From Gracilinanus agilis (Eukaryota): 63,885 bases of DNA. The stretch spans positions 20,184,921 to 20,248,805 of the forward strand of contig NC_058136.1 of assembly GCF_016433145.1 (NCBI RefSeq). Reading direction: 5' to 3'. The notes beneath the pieces were generated by a model. That model searched no databases and was not told where the DNA came from. It saw nothing but the letters and a program-made list of their open reading frames with translations. Positions 34,121 to 45,190 of this stretch are shown piece after piece (position 1 is the first letter of the stretch; every line of letters begins with the position of its first letter). The translations under genes were made by a program, and so were the position numbers.

Positions 34121-34316
34121 GGGGCAGCTGGGTAGCTCAGTGGATTGAGAGCCAGACCTAGAGACAGGAGGTCCTGGGTTCCAATTTGGCCTCAGACACT
34201 TCCCAACTGTGTGACCCTGGACAAGTCACTTGACCCCCATTGCCTAGCCCTTACCACTCTTCTGCCTTGGAACCAATACACAGTATTGATTCCAAGACGG
34301 AAGGTAAGGGTTTTAA
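34121..34316 (+). mobile_element. Young full-length SINE1_Mdo-type SINE
   Basis: Near-consensus sequence; 15-bp TSD aaaaatatctgcttc at 34105-34119 and 34317-34331. Confidence 0.95.
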
Positions 34317-34331
34317 AAAAATATCTGCTTC

Positions 34332-34380
34332 TTTCCTTCCTTCCTTCCTTCCTTCCTTCCTTCCTTCCTTCCTTCCTTCC
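34332..34380. repeat. (CTTC)n microsatellite
   Basis: Tandem array directly visible. Confidence 0.97.
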
Positions 34381-35044
34381 ACACATCACCTATCTGGGTC
34401 TCTATTTCCTCCTCTGTAAAATGATAGAATTGGACTAGGGGGCTTCTGAGGTCCATTCCCGATATAGGTGTTTAATCCTCCTTGAGGGCATGGGATATTT
34501 GTCTTTGTAAACTCAATACCTAGTACTGTGGCTGGCACATAGTAAGGACCTGTTGATCTATTGATTACAATACAAATACAAGATCAAAATCAAGGATGAA
34601 ACAGTTCCTACCCTCAAGAAGCTTATGTTCTCCTGAGGTAATGGGTTGTATAAATGTGAAGTGCTCAGTAACATAAATGTTTATTGTTGTAGAGAGAAGT
34701 AAATACATTTTTAAAAAAATGTAGGTACAATCATAGATGACAGTGGATTATAGAGGAAAATTCTAGCTTTGAATCTTTGAGGTAGAGATCATAGAGTTCA
34801 GGCGTCCCGTCCTACCACACATGGCCTGAGGCCCTTCTCAGAGACAGAACTTTGGGGACTTAGGATCATAGCAAGGAGGACTGCTCAGAGGAATTCCTGG
34901 TCAAACTGAGGAGTTCCCCAACCAGCCTCATAAGATTATAGGACACTGTCCATTGTCTGAAGGGGACACTGTAAATGGCCAACTCAAGTTCATCCATTTC
35001 TCCCCATGAGCCGTGGCAGGATGGCCCCAGACTCTAGAGCTCTC

Positions 35045-37865
35045 ATAATTTTTAAAAATTATTTTTATTGTCATGCAAAACACACTTCCGTATTGGTCAT
35101 TGCTGTAAGAGTAATGCAATACATAACCAAAACCCCAAAATAAAACCATAAATACACTGATGTGAAAGATGACTCCAATAGTTCTTTTTCTGGAGATGGA
35201 GAGCATTACCTGTCGTAGGTCTTTGAGGATTGTCTCAGATCATTGCATTGCTGAGAGAGCCAAGTTTTCACAGCTGATCATTGTACAGTATTGCTGTTAC
35301 TGTGTATAATGTTCTCCTGGTTCTGCTTATTTTGCTCTGCATCAGTTCCTGCAGATCTTTACAGCTTTTTCTGAATCATCTTGCTTATCATTCTTATAGC
35401 CCAATAGTATTCCATCACCAGCATGTACTACAATTTGTTCAGCCATTTCCCAATTGATGGACATCTCCTCAATTTCCAATTCTTTGCCACTACAAAAAGG
35501 GAAGCTATAAATATTTTTGTACAAGTGGGTCCTTTCCCCTTTTTATTATCTCTTTGAGATACAGACCCAGCAGTGGTATTACTATATCAAAGAGTATGCA
35601 CAGTTTTATAGCCCTTTGGGAATAGTTCCAAATTGCCCTCAAGAATGGTTGAGTCAGTTCATAGCTCCACCAATCATGCATTAGTGTCCCAATTTTGCCA
35701 CATCCCCACCAACATTTATCATTTTCCTTTACTGTCACATTGGCCAATCTGATAGGTATGAGGTGGCACCTCAGCATTGTTTTAATTTGTATTTCTCTAA
35801 TCAAGAGGGATTTAGAACATTTTTCCATATGGTTATTGAGGGCTTTGATTTCTTCATCTGAAAATTGCTTGTTTATATCCTTTGACTATATGTCAATTGG
35901 GAAATGGCTTGTATTCTTATAAATTTGGCTTAGTTCTCTATACATTTGAGAAATTAGAACTTTATCAGAGACATTTGTTATAAAATTTTTCCCTCAGTTT
36001 GTTGCTTCCCTTCTAATCTTGATTATATTGGTTTTGTTTGTACAAAAGCCTTTTAATTTAATATAATCAAAATGATTCATTTTATATCTTATAATGTTCT
36101 CTATCACTTGTTTGGTCATAAATTCTTCCCTTCTTCAAAGATCTGCCAGGTAAACTAGTCTGTGTTCCCCTAATTTAGTTATGGTATCACTATTTATATC
36201 TAAATCATATACCCATTTTGACTGTATCTTGGCATAGGATGTGAGATATTGATCTGTACCTAATTTCTGCCATATTGCTTTCCAATTTTCCCAGCAGTTT
36301 TTGTTAAAAGAGTGAGTTCTTATTCCAAAACCTGGGATCTTTGGGTTTATCAAACACTAGGTTGCTAAGGTCATTTATCCCTGAAAAATGTGTATCTAAT
36401 CTGCTCCATTGATCCACCCTTCTATTTCTTAGCCAGTATCAGATTGTTTTGATGATTGCTGCTTTATACAGTTTAAGATATGGTATTGCTAGGCTACCAT
36501 CCTTCACATTTTTTTCATTAGTTCCCTTGATTCTTGACCTTTTGTTCTTCCAGATAAATTTGGTTTTTACTTTTTCTAGTTCTATAAAATAGTTTTTTAG
36601 TAGTTTCATTAGTGTGGCACTGAATAAGTAAATTTAGATAGAATTGTCACTTTTGTTATATTAGCTCAGCCTACCCATGAACAATTAATATATTTCCAAT
36701 TGCCTAGACTTGACTTTATTTTTGCGAGAAGTGTCTTGTAATTGGGTTCATATAATACTGTGTTTGCCTTGGCAAGTAGACTCCCAGGTATTTTATATTG
36801 TTTAGAGAGTGATTTTAGATGGAATTTCTCTTTTTATCTCTTGCTACTGGGCTTTGTTGGTAACATATGGAAATGCTGATGATTTATGTGGGTTTATTTT
36901 GTATCCTGCAACTTTGCTAAAGTTATCATTATTTCCGTTAGATTTTTAGTCGATTCTCTAGGATTCTCTAAGTAGACCATCATATCATTTGCAAAGCTTA
37001 GTCTCCTCATTGCCTATTTTAATCCCTTCAATTTCTTTTTCTTCTCTAATTGCAACTGCTAGTGTTTCTAGTACAATGTTAAATAATAGAGGTGATAGTG
37101 GGCATCCCTGCTTCACTCCTGATCTTATTAGGAAGGCTTCTAATTTGTCCCCATTACAGATGATGCTTGCTGATGGTTTTAGATATATACTGTTTATTTT
37201 TTTTAGGAAAGGCCGTTTTATTCTAATACTTTCTGGTGTGTTCAATAGGAATGAGTGTTGTATTTTGTCAAAGGCTTTTTCTGCATCTATTGAGATGATC
37301 ATGTGATTTCTGTTAGTTTGGATACTGATATGGTCGATTATGCTGATAGTTTTCCCAATATTAAACTATCCTTGCATCCCTGGTATAAATCCCACCTGGT
37401 CATAGTGAATAATCCTTGTGATATGTTGTTGTAACCTCCTTGCTAGTATTCTATTTAAATTTTTTGCATCCATACTCATTAATGAAATTGGCTTCTAATT
37501 TTCTTTCTCTGCTTTTGCTCTTCCTGGCTTAGGTAACAGTACCATATTTGTCTCATAAAAAGAATTTGGTAGGATTCTTTCTCTGCCTAGTTTCCAAAAT
37601 AGTTAGTATAGTATTGGGGTTAGTTGTTCTTTAAATGTTTAATAGAATTCCCTTGTGAATCCGTCTGGCCCTGGGGACTTTTTCTTGGGGAGCTCCTTGA
37701 TGGCTTGTTCAATTTCTTTTTCTGAGATGGGATTGTTTAAGGATTCTATTTCCTCTTCTGCTAATCTGATCAACTTGGATTTTTGTAAATATTCATCCAT
37801 TTCACCAAGATTGTCAGATTTATTGGCATATAATTGGGCAAAACAGCACCTAATGATTGCTTTAA
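35045..37865 (-). mobile_element. 5'-truncated L1, ~2.8 kb of degraded ORF2 plus 3' UTR
   Basis: Translations [16 protein letters not shown]...[18 protein letters not shown] (RT), [10 protein letters not shown], and the C-terminal CWWGCGKIGTL..WW; an ~8-nt deletion frameshifts the FADD motif (reads FANDMMVY); many stops. Confidence 0.97.
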
Positions 37866-38107
37866 TTTCCCATTTTTTCTTATTATTCTTCTTCATGTGC
37901 TCCATGTCCCCCCTAGACTTGCCACTCCCCCGGATGTGATGGTCTTTTTCCTGTGCCCAGTCTACTCTCTCTTCGTACTGCCCCCCTCAAGCCCTACTTC
38001 CTCTGCCAGGGCATTCCTTAACGACTGCCTCTACTCACTCATGAGCACTCTCCACCTTCACGCCACTTTTTACCGTTGTTGTTATTATTTTATCGTTGTT
38101 GTATTGT

Positions 38108-38122
38108 TATATATATATATAT

Positions 38123-38159
<37 letters not shown>
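38108..38159. repeat. (TA)n microsatellite
   Basis: TA array with one CACA interruption. Confidence 0.97.
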
Positions 38160-38164
<5 letters not shown>

Positions 38165-38340
38165 GTTGTTATTAGGGAGCAGTCCTCCTCCTCCTTACTA
38201 TTATTGTGTAGACCTTTTAGATCTGCTTATCTGGGTGCACATGTCATTCTTTCCCAGTGGAATATAAGCTCTCTGAGGGCAGAGACTGTTTGAATTTTGC
38301 TTTTGTGTGCAAAGAGCCTAGCACAGTAGTTGGCACTAAA

Positions 38341-38572
38341 TTTTTTTTTGAAAAATTTTATTTAATTAATTGATTTAGTATATTTTCCCATGGTTACATG
38401 ATTCATGTTCTTTCCCTCCCCTCCACCCCTCCATCCCCCCCTAAGCCAATGAGCAATTCCCCTGGCTTTTACATGTGTCACTGATCAAGACCTATTTCCA
38501 TATTATTAATATTTGCATTAGGGTGATCACTTAGAGTCTACATCCCCAGTCATGTCCCCATCGACCCATGTG
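38341..38572 (-). mobile_element. Short 5'-truncated L1 3' UTR with TSD
   Basis: T-tail plus L1 3' UTR; TSD tggcactaaa at 38331-38340 and 38573-38582. Confidence 0.9.
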
Positions 38573-39639
38573 TGGCACTAAAATTATTGTTGAATTGAAT
38601 CAAGTCAAATTTAATTGAGGGACTGTATGATATAGTGGACTGATTGCCGGAGTTGGAGTTAGGAAGCTTTGGGTTCAAATCTTGTGTCAGACACTTATTA
38701 GCTCTATGATCCTGGACAGACCTCTTGATGTCTCTGGGCCTCAGTTGCCCCATCTAGAAAATGAGGGCCTCTGAGATCCCTTCAAGCTCTAGATCAATGA
38801 TCCTAAGCCACTTAGCTCTCTGGATTTCAGGTGCCTCATCTGTAAAATGGGGGAGGGTGGATTTTCTATCTTTAGGCCTAGTGTCCTATGATCCTTTGCT
38901 GTTATGGAATGAAGCCTAAACCCTGTTGATGGAGTCAAAGAGGAGCTGCCTGGCTCTGAGAGCCAGGTGATGCCCCAATTCCTGGGGAACTCTTTCATGG
39001 CAGCCCTTGGAGAGCAATCACTTCTCCTGCTGTCTGATTCTCTGGCCTTCTGGTTCCCCAGGAGAAGGCCCCAGTCCCTCCTTCCCCTCCCCCAGCCACC
39101 TTCCAGCTCTCCCACCTCCTCCCAGAGCAGGGCTGCCAGCTAACCTCTCTCTGCCCCTTCACAAATTCTCCAAGGTGGCCAGGCCTAATTGCTCAGCAGC
39201 TGCCACACAGGCTCACTCCCAGCTGTGTGACTGTCAAACAAAGGCTTTTTGGAGAGCTGAAAATTGGGGAGGAACAAATGATGGTGGGGGAGGAGGCCCT
39301 GAGGAGGAAGAGGCCTGCTGCATTCAGAGCAAGGTGTAGGGAAGTAGCCCACCTCCTCCCTGTATCCTGCAAAGAGCACCCTGCCCTGGGAGGCCAGAGC
39401 CCTAGTTTGTACTCCCAGATCTGCTAGAAACTTACTGTTTTACCCTGGGCAAGTCATTTCCCCCTCCAGACCTCATTTTTTGCCTCTGTAAAATGATGGA
39501 TTTGGAGCTGTAAGGAGCTTAAACAGACAACCCTTCATTCCAATATTTTGTGTCTAGGAATTTTGTTAACCTTTTCTGCCTCAAGCCACAACCCCAAACA
39601 AGCAAGTATGACCTAGAACCTTGGGGGTGAGTCCATAGG

Positions 39640-39830
39640 AACATAGACTTAGAGTTCGAAGGGACCTTAGAGGCCATCCAGTCTACTTCCTTTCATTCTG
39701 CATGCAGGGAAACTGAGGCACAGAGGGATTAGAACCAATTGCCCAGGGTCACACAGTAAGTCTTAGAGGCAGAATTCGAACCCAGGCTCCCCTGATTCTA
39801 AGTCCACTGCCCCATCCTCTTCATCACATT
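39640..39830 (-). mobile_element. MIR/CORE-SINE
   Basis: gaagggaccttagaggccatccagtc...gggaaactgaggcacagag...gcccagggtcacacag. Confidence 0.85.
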
Positions 39831-39848
39831 GCCTCCCTATGGCTGAGC

Positions 39849-39885
<37 letters not shown>

Positions 39886-39889
39886 CAAT
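39849..39889. repeat. (TAA)n microsatellite
   Basis: Tandem array directly visible. Confidence 0.95.
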
Positions 39890-39912
39890 AGCTAACATTT
39901 ACATGACACTTA

Positions 39913-40152
39913 GGTCAGCTTGGCAACACTGAGATAGAGCACCAGGCCTGGAATCAGGAAGATTCATCTTTCTGAGTTCAAATCTGGGCTCATACATTTG
40001 CTAGCTGTGTGATCCTGGGCGAGTCACTTAACTCTATTTACCTTAGTTTCCTCATCTGTAAAATGAGCTGGAGAAGGAAATGGCAAACCACTCTGGTATC
40101 TTCATCAAGAGAACCCCAAATGGGGTCACGAAGAGTCAGACATGACTGAATA
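39913..40152 (+). mobile_element. Mar1 CORE-SINE with RTE-derived tail
   Basis: Core followed by agctggagaaggaaatggcaaaccactc...gaaccccaaatggggtcacgaagagtcagacatgactgaa. Confidence 0.9.
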
Positions 40153-40213
40153 ATAATATATAACATTTACTATGTTCTTGGCCACGTGCTAAGAACTTTC
40201 TGAATATTATCTT

Positions 40214-40411
40214 TTTTTTAAACCCTCACCTTCTGTCTTGGAATCAATACCATATATTGGTTCCAAGGCAGGAGAGTGGCAAGGGTTGGGCAATTGGGGG
40301 GGGTAAGTGACTTGCTCAGGGTCACTCAGCTAGGAAGTATCTGAGGCCAGATTTGAACCCAGGACATACTGTCTCTAGGTCTAGCTCACTGTGAGCTACC
40401 CAGCTGCCCCC
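40214..40411 (-). mobile_element. SINE1_Mdo-type SINE nested in a MIR
   Basis: 15-bp TSD tctgaatattatctt at 40199-40213 and 40412-40426. Confidence 0.92.
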
Positions 40412-41199
40412 TCTGAATATTATCTTGTCTGATCCTCACAACAACTTTTAGAGTTGGGTACTCTTATTATCCCCATTTTGCAGTTGAGGAAACTGAGGCA
40501 AATAGGTGACGTGACTTGACTAGGGTCACACAGCTAGTGAGTGAGGCTGGGTCTGAATTCTGGTCTTCCTGACTCTAGACCCAGATGTGCACTCCGACCC
40601 CACTGAGCTGCCCTTGTGTGTAAGTTCACTCCTCACACGTGTAGATGGGGAGGTAGAGGTACCATTCTATTTTCTGTCTCCTTCCATTAGGGGTGGAAGC
40701 AGCTCATGGTAATTTTTAGTGTCTTGCTATCATATAGACATGGCAGATGGCTTTCCAATCCACATCTGCCTAGAGAGTGAAGCTCAAGGTAGGAGAGAGA
40801 GAAAGGGGCCTATATAAGCAATCTGTTAGTTTGAGAGTAATCTTGGGTGGCTAAAGTTGTGTAGCTCCAGATATAAATGATGCTTTATGTATGCCAGTGC
40901 GGGCACCAAGTGAGGATTCCTGGATAGGAGCCTCTCCCCAAATAGGGGAGTTCTGGAGCCATGAGAAGAAATGAGAGCATGATGGAAATGGCTGAGATGC
41001 TGGCCAGTGGGGGAGCTCCATCTGACTCCTAGTTACTAGGTCTCTACTGACTCACTGCGTGCAATTCCCTGGATTAGGTATAGCTGCTGGTGGGGTTTGT
41101 ACAAGCTGGAAAAGTACAGAGAAGAGTTCTGGGAAGAGATCACGAACCTGGGGAGGAGAGGGCCACCCAAGCAGGGTTTGAGTGGCTTGGGAAAGCAGC

Positions 41200-41960
41200 C
41201 ACTGAGTCAACCAGCCAGTACTTTTAAGCCTTGACTGTGTGCCAGGTTCAGGGGATACAAAGACCAGCAGTGAAACAGAAGGCACCTGCCCTCAGAGAGC
41301 TTACATTCTGTTTCAAAAAGCTCTATTTATTGATATTTATTGAACTTGACAAGTATCAACGGATTGAATACCAAGATTTCCATACCTAGAGTCCATTCGA
41401 GAAATGTTGTGGAGACGTGATGACAAGATTTGGCAAGTGAGCAGAGACCTGAGGATGACATGAGTCAAGGAATTGAGTGCCTGGAAGGGTGGTGGTGCTG
41501 TCGACAGAAATGGGTGACTTCCAAAAAGGGGGTGGGTGGGAGATACTGACTTCCGCTTTGGCCATGTTGAGTTTTGAGATACTATCCAGTTTGAAATGCT
41601 CAACAGGCAGCTGATGATGTGGGCCTGGAGCTCAAGAGAGGCCAGGCTGTTTTTATTGGCTTTTGTAGGAGTCACTCGTTTAGAAATGATCATTGAACCT
41701 ATGAGAACTGATGAGGCCAGCGAGTGAGAGAGTCTAAAGGAAAGAGAGGAGGGCCCAAGACAGTGTCTTCGATGTGTCCACACGTGGGAGTTGGGACCTG
41801 AATGGTGCCCCAACCAAGGACGCTGGAGAGAGTAGGGCCACAGAAACTCAGGCAGGAGGAGGGGATGGTCAACAGTGTCACGTGTTGCAGCAAGGTCAAG
41901 AAGGTTGAGGATTGAGGAAAGGCCATATGACCTGGGCCTGCGGGCCAGTGAAGAAGGGCT
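41200..41960 (-). mobile_element. L2 LINE relic including reverse transcriptase region and 3' tail
   Basis: Translations GLSSILNLLDLAATRDTVDHPLLL (cf. LDLSAAFDTVDH.LLL) and GHIEDTVLGPPLF (cf. GVPQGSVLGPLLF). Confidence 0.85.
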
Positions 41961-42660
41961 AAAGAGCATGAAGGCAGCGGTGTTGGCGTTGAACAGTCTT
42001 GTATCCCTCCAGTCTCCTGAGCAGGGGGCTGTTGAAGCCCCACCTGCAGGTTTAGCCCTTCCCCAGGCTCTAATACCCTTCCAACCCCTAGGCCTGGAAA
42101 CCATTTATAAGCTCCACAGCTCAGCATCAAGTCTCCATGCCTGCCAGTGTCCTGGGTCTCTGCTTATGGACTGTGGCCACATTCTCTTGATGCCTCCCCT
42201 GATTACCTGCCCTCCTCTGGTGCATCTGTCTGGGGTCTAGATCTAAGAGCCTGATTAATGAGTTAAAGCTGCACTGAGCAAGTGTAGGTAATCAGAGGTC
42301 ACGTACCTGTAATGTAACTAATCTGTACTCTGAGATTTCCTCACAAGGTAATAAATTAGCTTTGCCTCTAACTGGCTGACTGCACACGTGTTGTGCTAAA
42401 GACATTCTGAGAGGGGATAATAAAGAGAGGGAAAAGGCCCTGGTTCCAAGGGCCAGGTCTTTAGAAGAGAACTTTCCTTCCCAACTCCCTTCTTTCAGGA
42501 GGTGGCAGCATCAAAAGTGCCAGATGCTACCCGAGAAGACTGTAGAAATGTTCATAACTCATCACTAGTCTGTCAAGAAAGGCTCTTGTAAGTAGGCAAT
42601 GAGTTTACCTTAGGACCCGAGAACATTAGAACTAGAAGGTACCTTAGAGATCATCTAGAC

Positions 42661-42884
42661 CCATGCTGGTGAAGATGTGGCACATGTGCCCCAGTGGCAC
42701 AGAAGGAGCTGCTCCATTCCCTCTCTTCACCATGCCTGAGGACAATGTTCACATGTCCTGCCCCTCTGCTGAGCAGCCCAGTGCAAGCATTTTCTCCCTC
42801 TGCTCTCTGGGGTGATGTGGAGGGCTCATAGGCAGCTCGAAGGCACAGATTGGGCACACAGCTCTAAAAGATTCGCCAGCATTG
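42661..42884 (+). mobile_element. Old hAT MITE (family B-related, 224 bp) inserted in a MIR
   Basis: Ends ccatgctggtgaa / ttcgccagcattg; TSD atctagac / tcctagac; interior shares gaggaca...cccctctgc..agcagccca. Confidence 0.75.
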
Positions 42885-43554
42885 TCCTAGACCAACTTCT
42901 TCATTATACGCATGATGGTACAGAGACCCAGAAGGGAGAAGTCACTCAGTTTACCAGTCTTGCTTGGATGGATGCATAATGCCATTGCTGTGGGTACTAT
43001 CCATCAAAGTAGAATGGAATTCCTCTATCCTGTTTCCATTTCTATAGTTCCCAGTCATGTTTTTCCCATAGATTGGCCAAATCCACTGGAGGCCTTCCTC
43101 ATATTCTTTCAGTTACCTTAAGATTACCAATATGGGGATCAACTTGTTTCTTACTTTCACTACACAACTTGCCCACCTTGTCCAGTCCGATAAATCTGTG
43201 AGGATATCTTCTGTGCCACCTGCCATGTGTGTAAGTTCTTGATAACATGCTGTAGCCTACCCACAGCCACTATGTTGTCTCTCCTGAGACTTAATTTCTC
43301 ATGAAGCTTGGGGTGCAGGAAGCACCACTCTTTGAGAATGATTCCCAAGACTCCATTTTTTAAGAAAACGATGTATGGTAGGCGGTAAAGTACTTAGAGT
43401 AGGTTCCAAACAAAGGTTTTGGAGATTGAATTGAAGAAAAAATATAAGATACTCCTTTCCTTCTGGTAGTTTCCATTCTAGTAGTGAAGAAAATGAGATT
43501 AGATAGATGTTTGCTCAAATAACTACAATTTTAAGGCATCATCAGATAAGAACA

Positions 43555-43790
43555 AAGTTAGGTTGCACGGTGGTTAGAGACTGGATCTGGAGTCAGGAAG
43601 ACTTGAGTTCAAACTTGACCTTGGACACTTACTTTGTGACTCTGAGCAAGTCTTTACCTTGCTGAAACTTCAGTTTCCTCATCTGTGAAATGGAGATAAT
43701 CACAGCACCTACCTCGCAGCATTGTTATAAGGATTGAATGAGAAAACATGTAGAATTCTTTGTAAAATTTAAAGCTCTATAAAATGCTAG
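43555..43790 (+). mobile_element. MIR/CORE-SINE
   Basis: ggagtcaggaagacttgagttcaaa...cagtttcctcatctgtgaaatgg...cacctacctc. Confidence 0.85.
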
Positions 43791-44429
43791 ATATTAATAT
43801 TTATATACGTGAAGTTGATTTTCTCATTGAGGAGGTAACATGCACTCAGTAGATGAGTATAAACCAAATCGGATGACTTATCTATCACCTCTTTGAGTTC
43901 TTTGTCATTTTGATTCATTAGATACTATGGCAGTTCATGATGTCATGTAACACCACTAGGAATACCGTTATCAAAAATGGAGCTTTGGGGGACCAGAAGT
44001 GACTTGGGGTGGTCGAAAATATTGTCAAATTTCCCAGATGCTACACGTGGTCTGATTTTCTCCTCCTAGTCAAGGCCAGGCCTAGCTTGTGGCCCACATG
44101 CGGTGACTGTCCAGGACATGCATCCTGATGAAATAATGAGCTGCCTCTCCAGTTGGATGTCCTAATCTGAACATTTTTCGCTCATTTTTTCTCTAGCCCC
44201 CCCCCAAGGAAACCATGGACAACCTGGGTAGTACCCAAGCTTCTCCCTGAAGTAGAAGTCCCAAGCAGCATTCTAGTATCATCATTTGGCTTCAGGTCAC
44301 AGAACACCAAAATCTGCAAAGGACCAAAGTTAAGAATCATCCAAAGGGCAATGGAGAGAGACACCTGGTGGGCATGAGCAAATAAGAAAGTATATGGGAG
44401 AAGCAATGTGAAAGATGCCATTGAAATGT

Positions 44430-44780
44430 ATATAGAAAAAGAAAATGGGCTAGTTGATGAGGAATCAGGAAATATGTGTGCCCGTCACTGTGCTGGGCAT
44501 GCCAAAAGAGGAAGAAGACTGTGCCAGCCCCTAAAGAGTTCACAATCTACTAGGGGAGACAACACACAAATATATCCAAATGAGTTAGAGACATGACCAT
44601 TAGGAAAGAATTGAATTAACAAAGGGGAGGCACTAGAAATAAGAGAGGCTAGAAAAGGCTCTGTGTAGAAGACAGCATTTGAGAGAGTGAGAGAGTAGGA
44701 GTTGGTGCATGTTTGTTGTAGCCTCCCCAGGTTAAGAGGAAGCAAGGAAAGCACTCGGCACCATGGGTGATCCTCTGTGC
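44430..44780 (-). mobile_element. L2 3' region relic
   Basis: cactgtgctggg...ccagcccctaaagagttcacaatctactaggggagac. Confidence 0.65.
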
Positions 44781-44859
44781 ATCAGGAAACATGGACAAGG
44801 GTTACACGGAAAGAGACAGCAGAGATGGGATGTGATGCAGATGTTCGGAAGGAATAGAA

Positions 44860-45190
44860 GCATCAATCAGTGAGATTACAAAGCATGACACATGGAATGC
44901 TGGATCAGCTCAAAAACCTTTGATCGATTTGTGGCTCTGCCATTTAACTGCTTGTGTAACCTTGGACAAGTGACTTCCTTCCTCTGAGCCTCAGTTTCCT
45001 TACCTGTAAGATGAGGGGATTGGGTTGGGCTAGATAGATAAGTCTCTTCCAGCTCTAGTTCTAGGATCTTATGTATGACCTTGGGCAAGTCCCTTTTCCT
45101 TCCTGGGCCTCAGTTTCCCCACTTGTATAGTGAGACAAGAGGATTGGTCCAGCTGGTTGCTGAGGTACCTTCTGGCTCTACATATAGGGT
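44860..45190. mobile_element. MIR fragment cluster
   Basis: Two to three core repeats: ccttggacaagtgactt...gagcctcagtttcc. Confidence 0.75.

Larger units (their letters stand above)
37880..38600 (+). mobile_element. L2 3' end relic hosting a (TA)n array and an L1
   Basis: aagctctctgagggcagagactg...gcctagcacagt...ttgttgaattgaat L2 tail. Confidence 0.65.

Noticed and set aside
34121-34200. tRNA gene (A/B-box-like tggctcagtgg / ggttc.aat words here and in other SINE heads)
   Set aside because: These are tRNA-derived SINE promoters, not cloverleaf tRNAs
41337-42104. 255-aa ORF as a host gene
   Set aside because: Contains degenerate L2 reverse transcriptase motifs spread across shifting frames; a fossil LINE, not a gene
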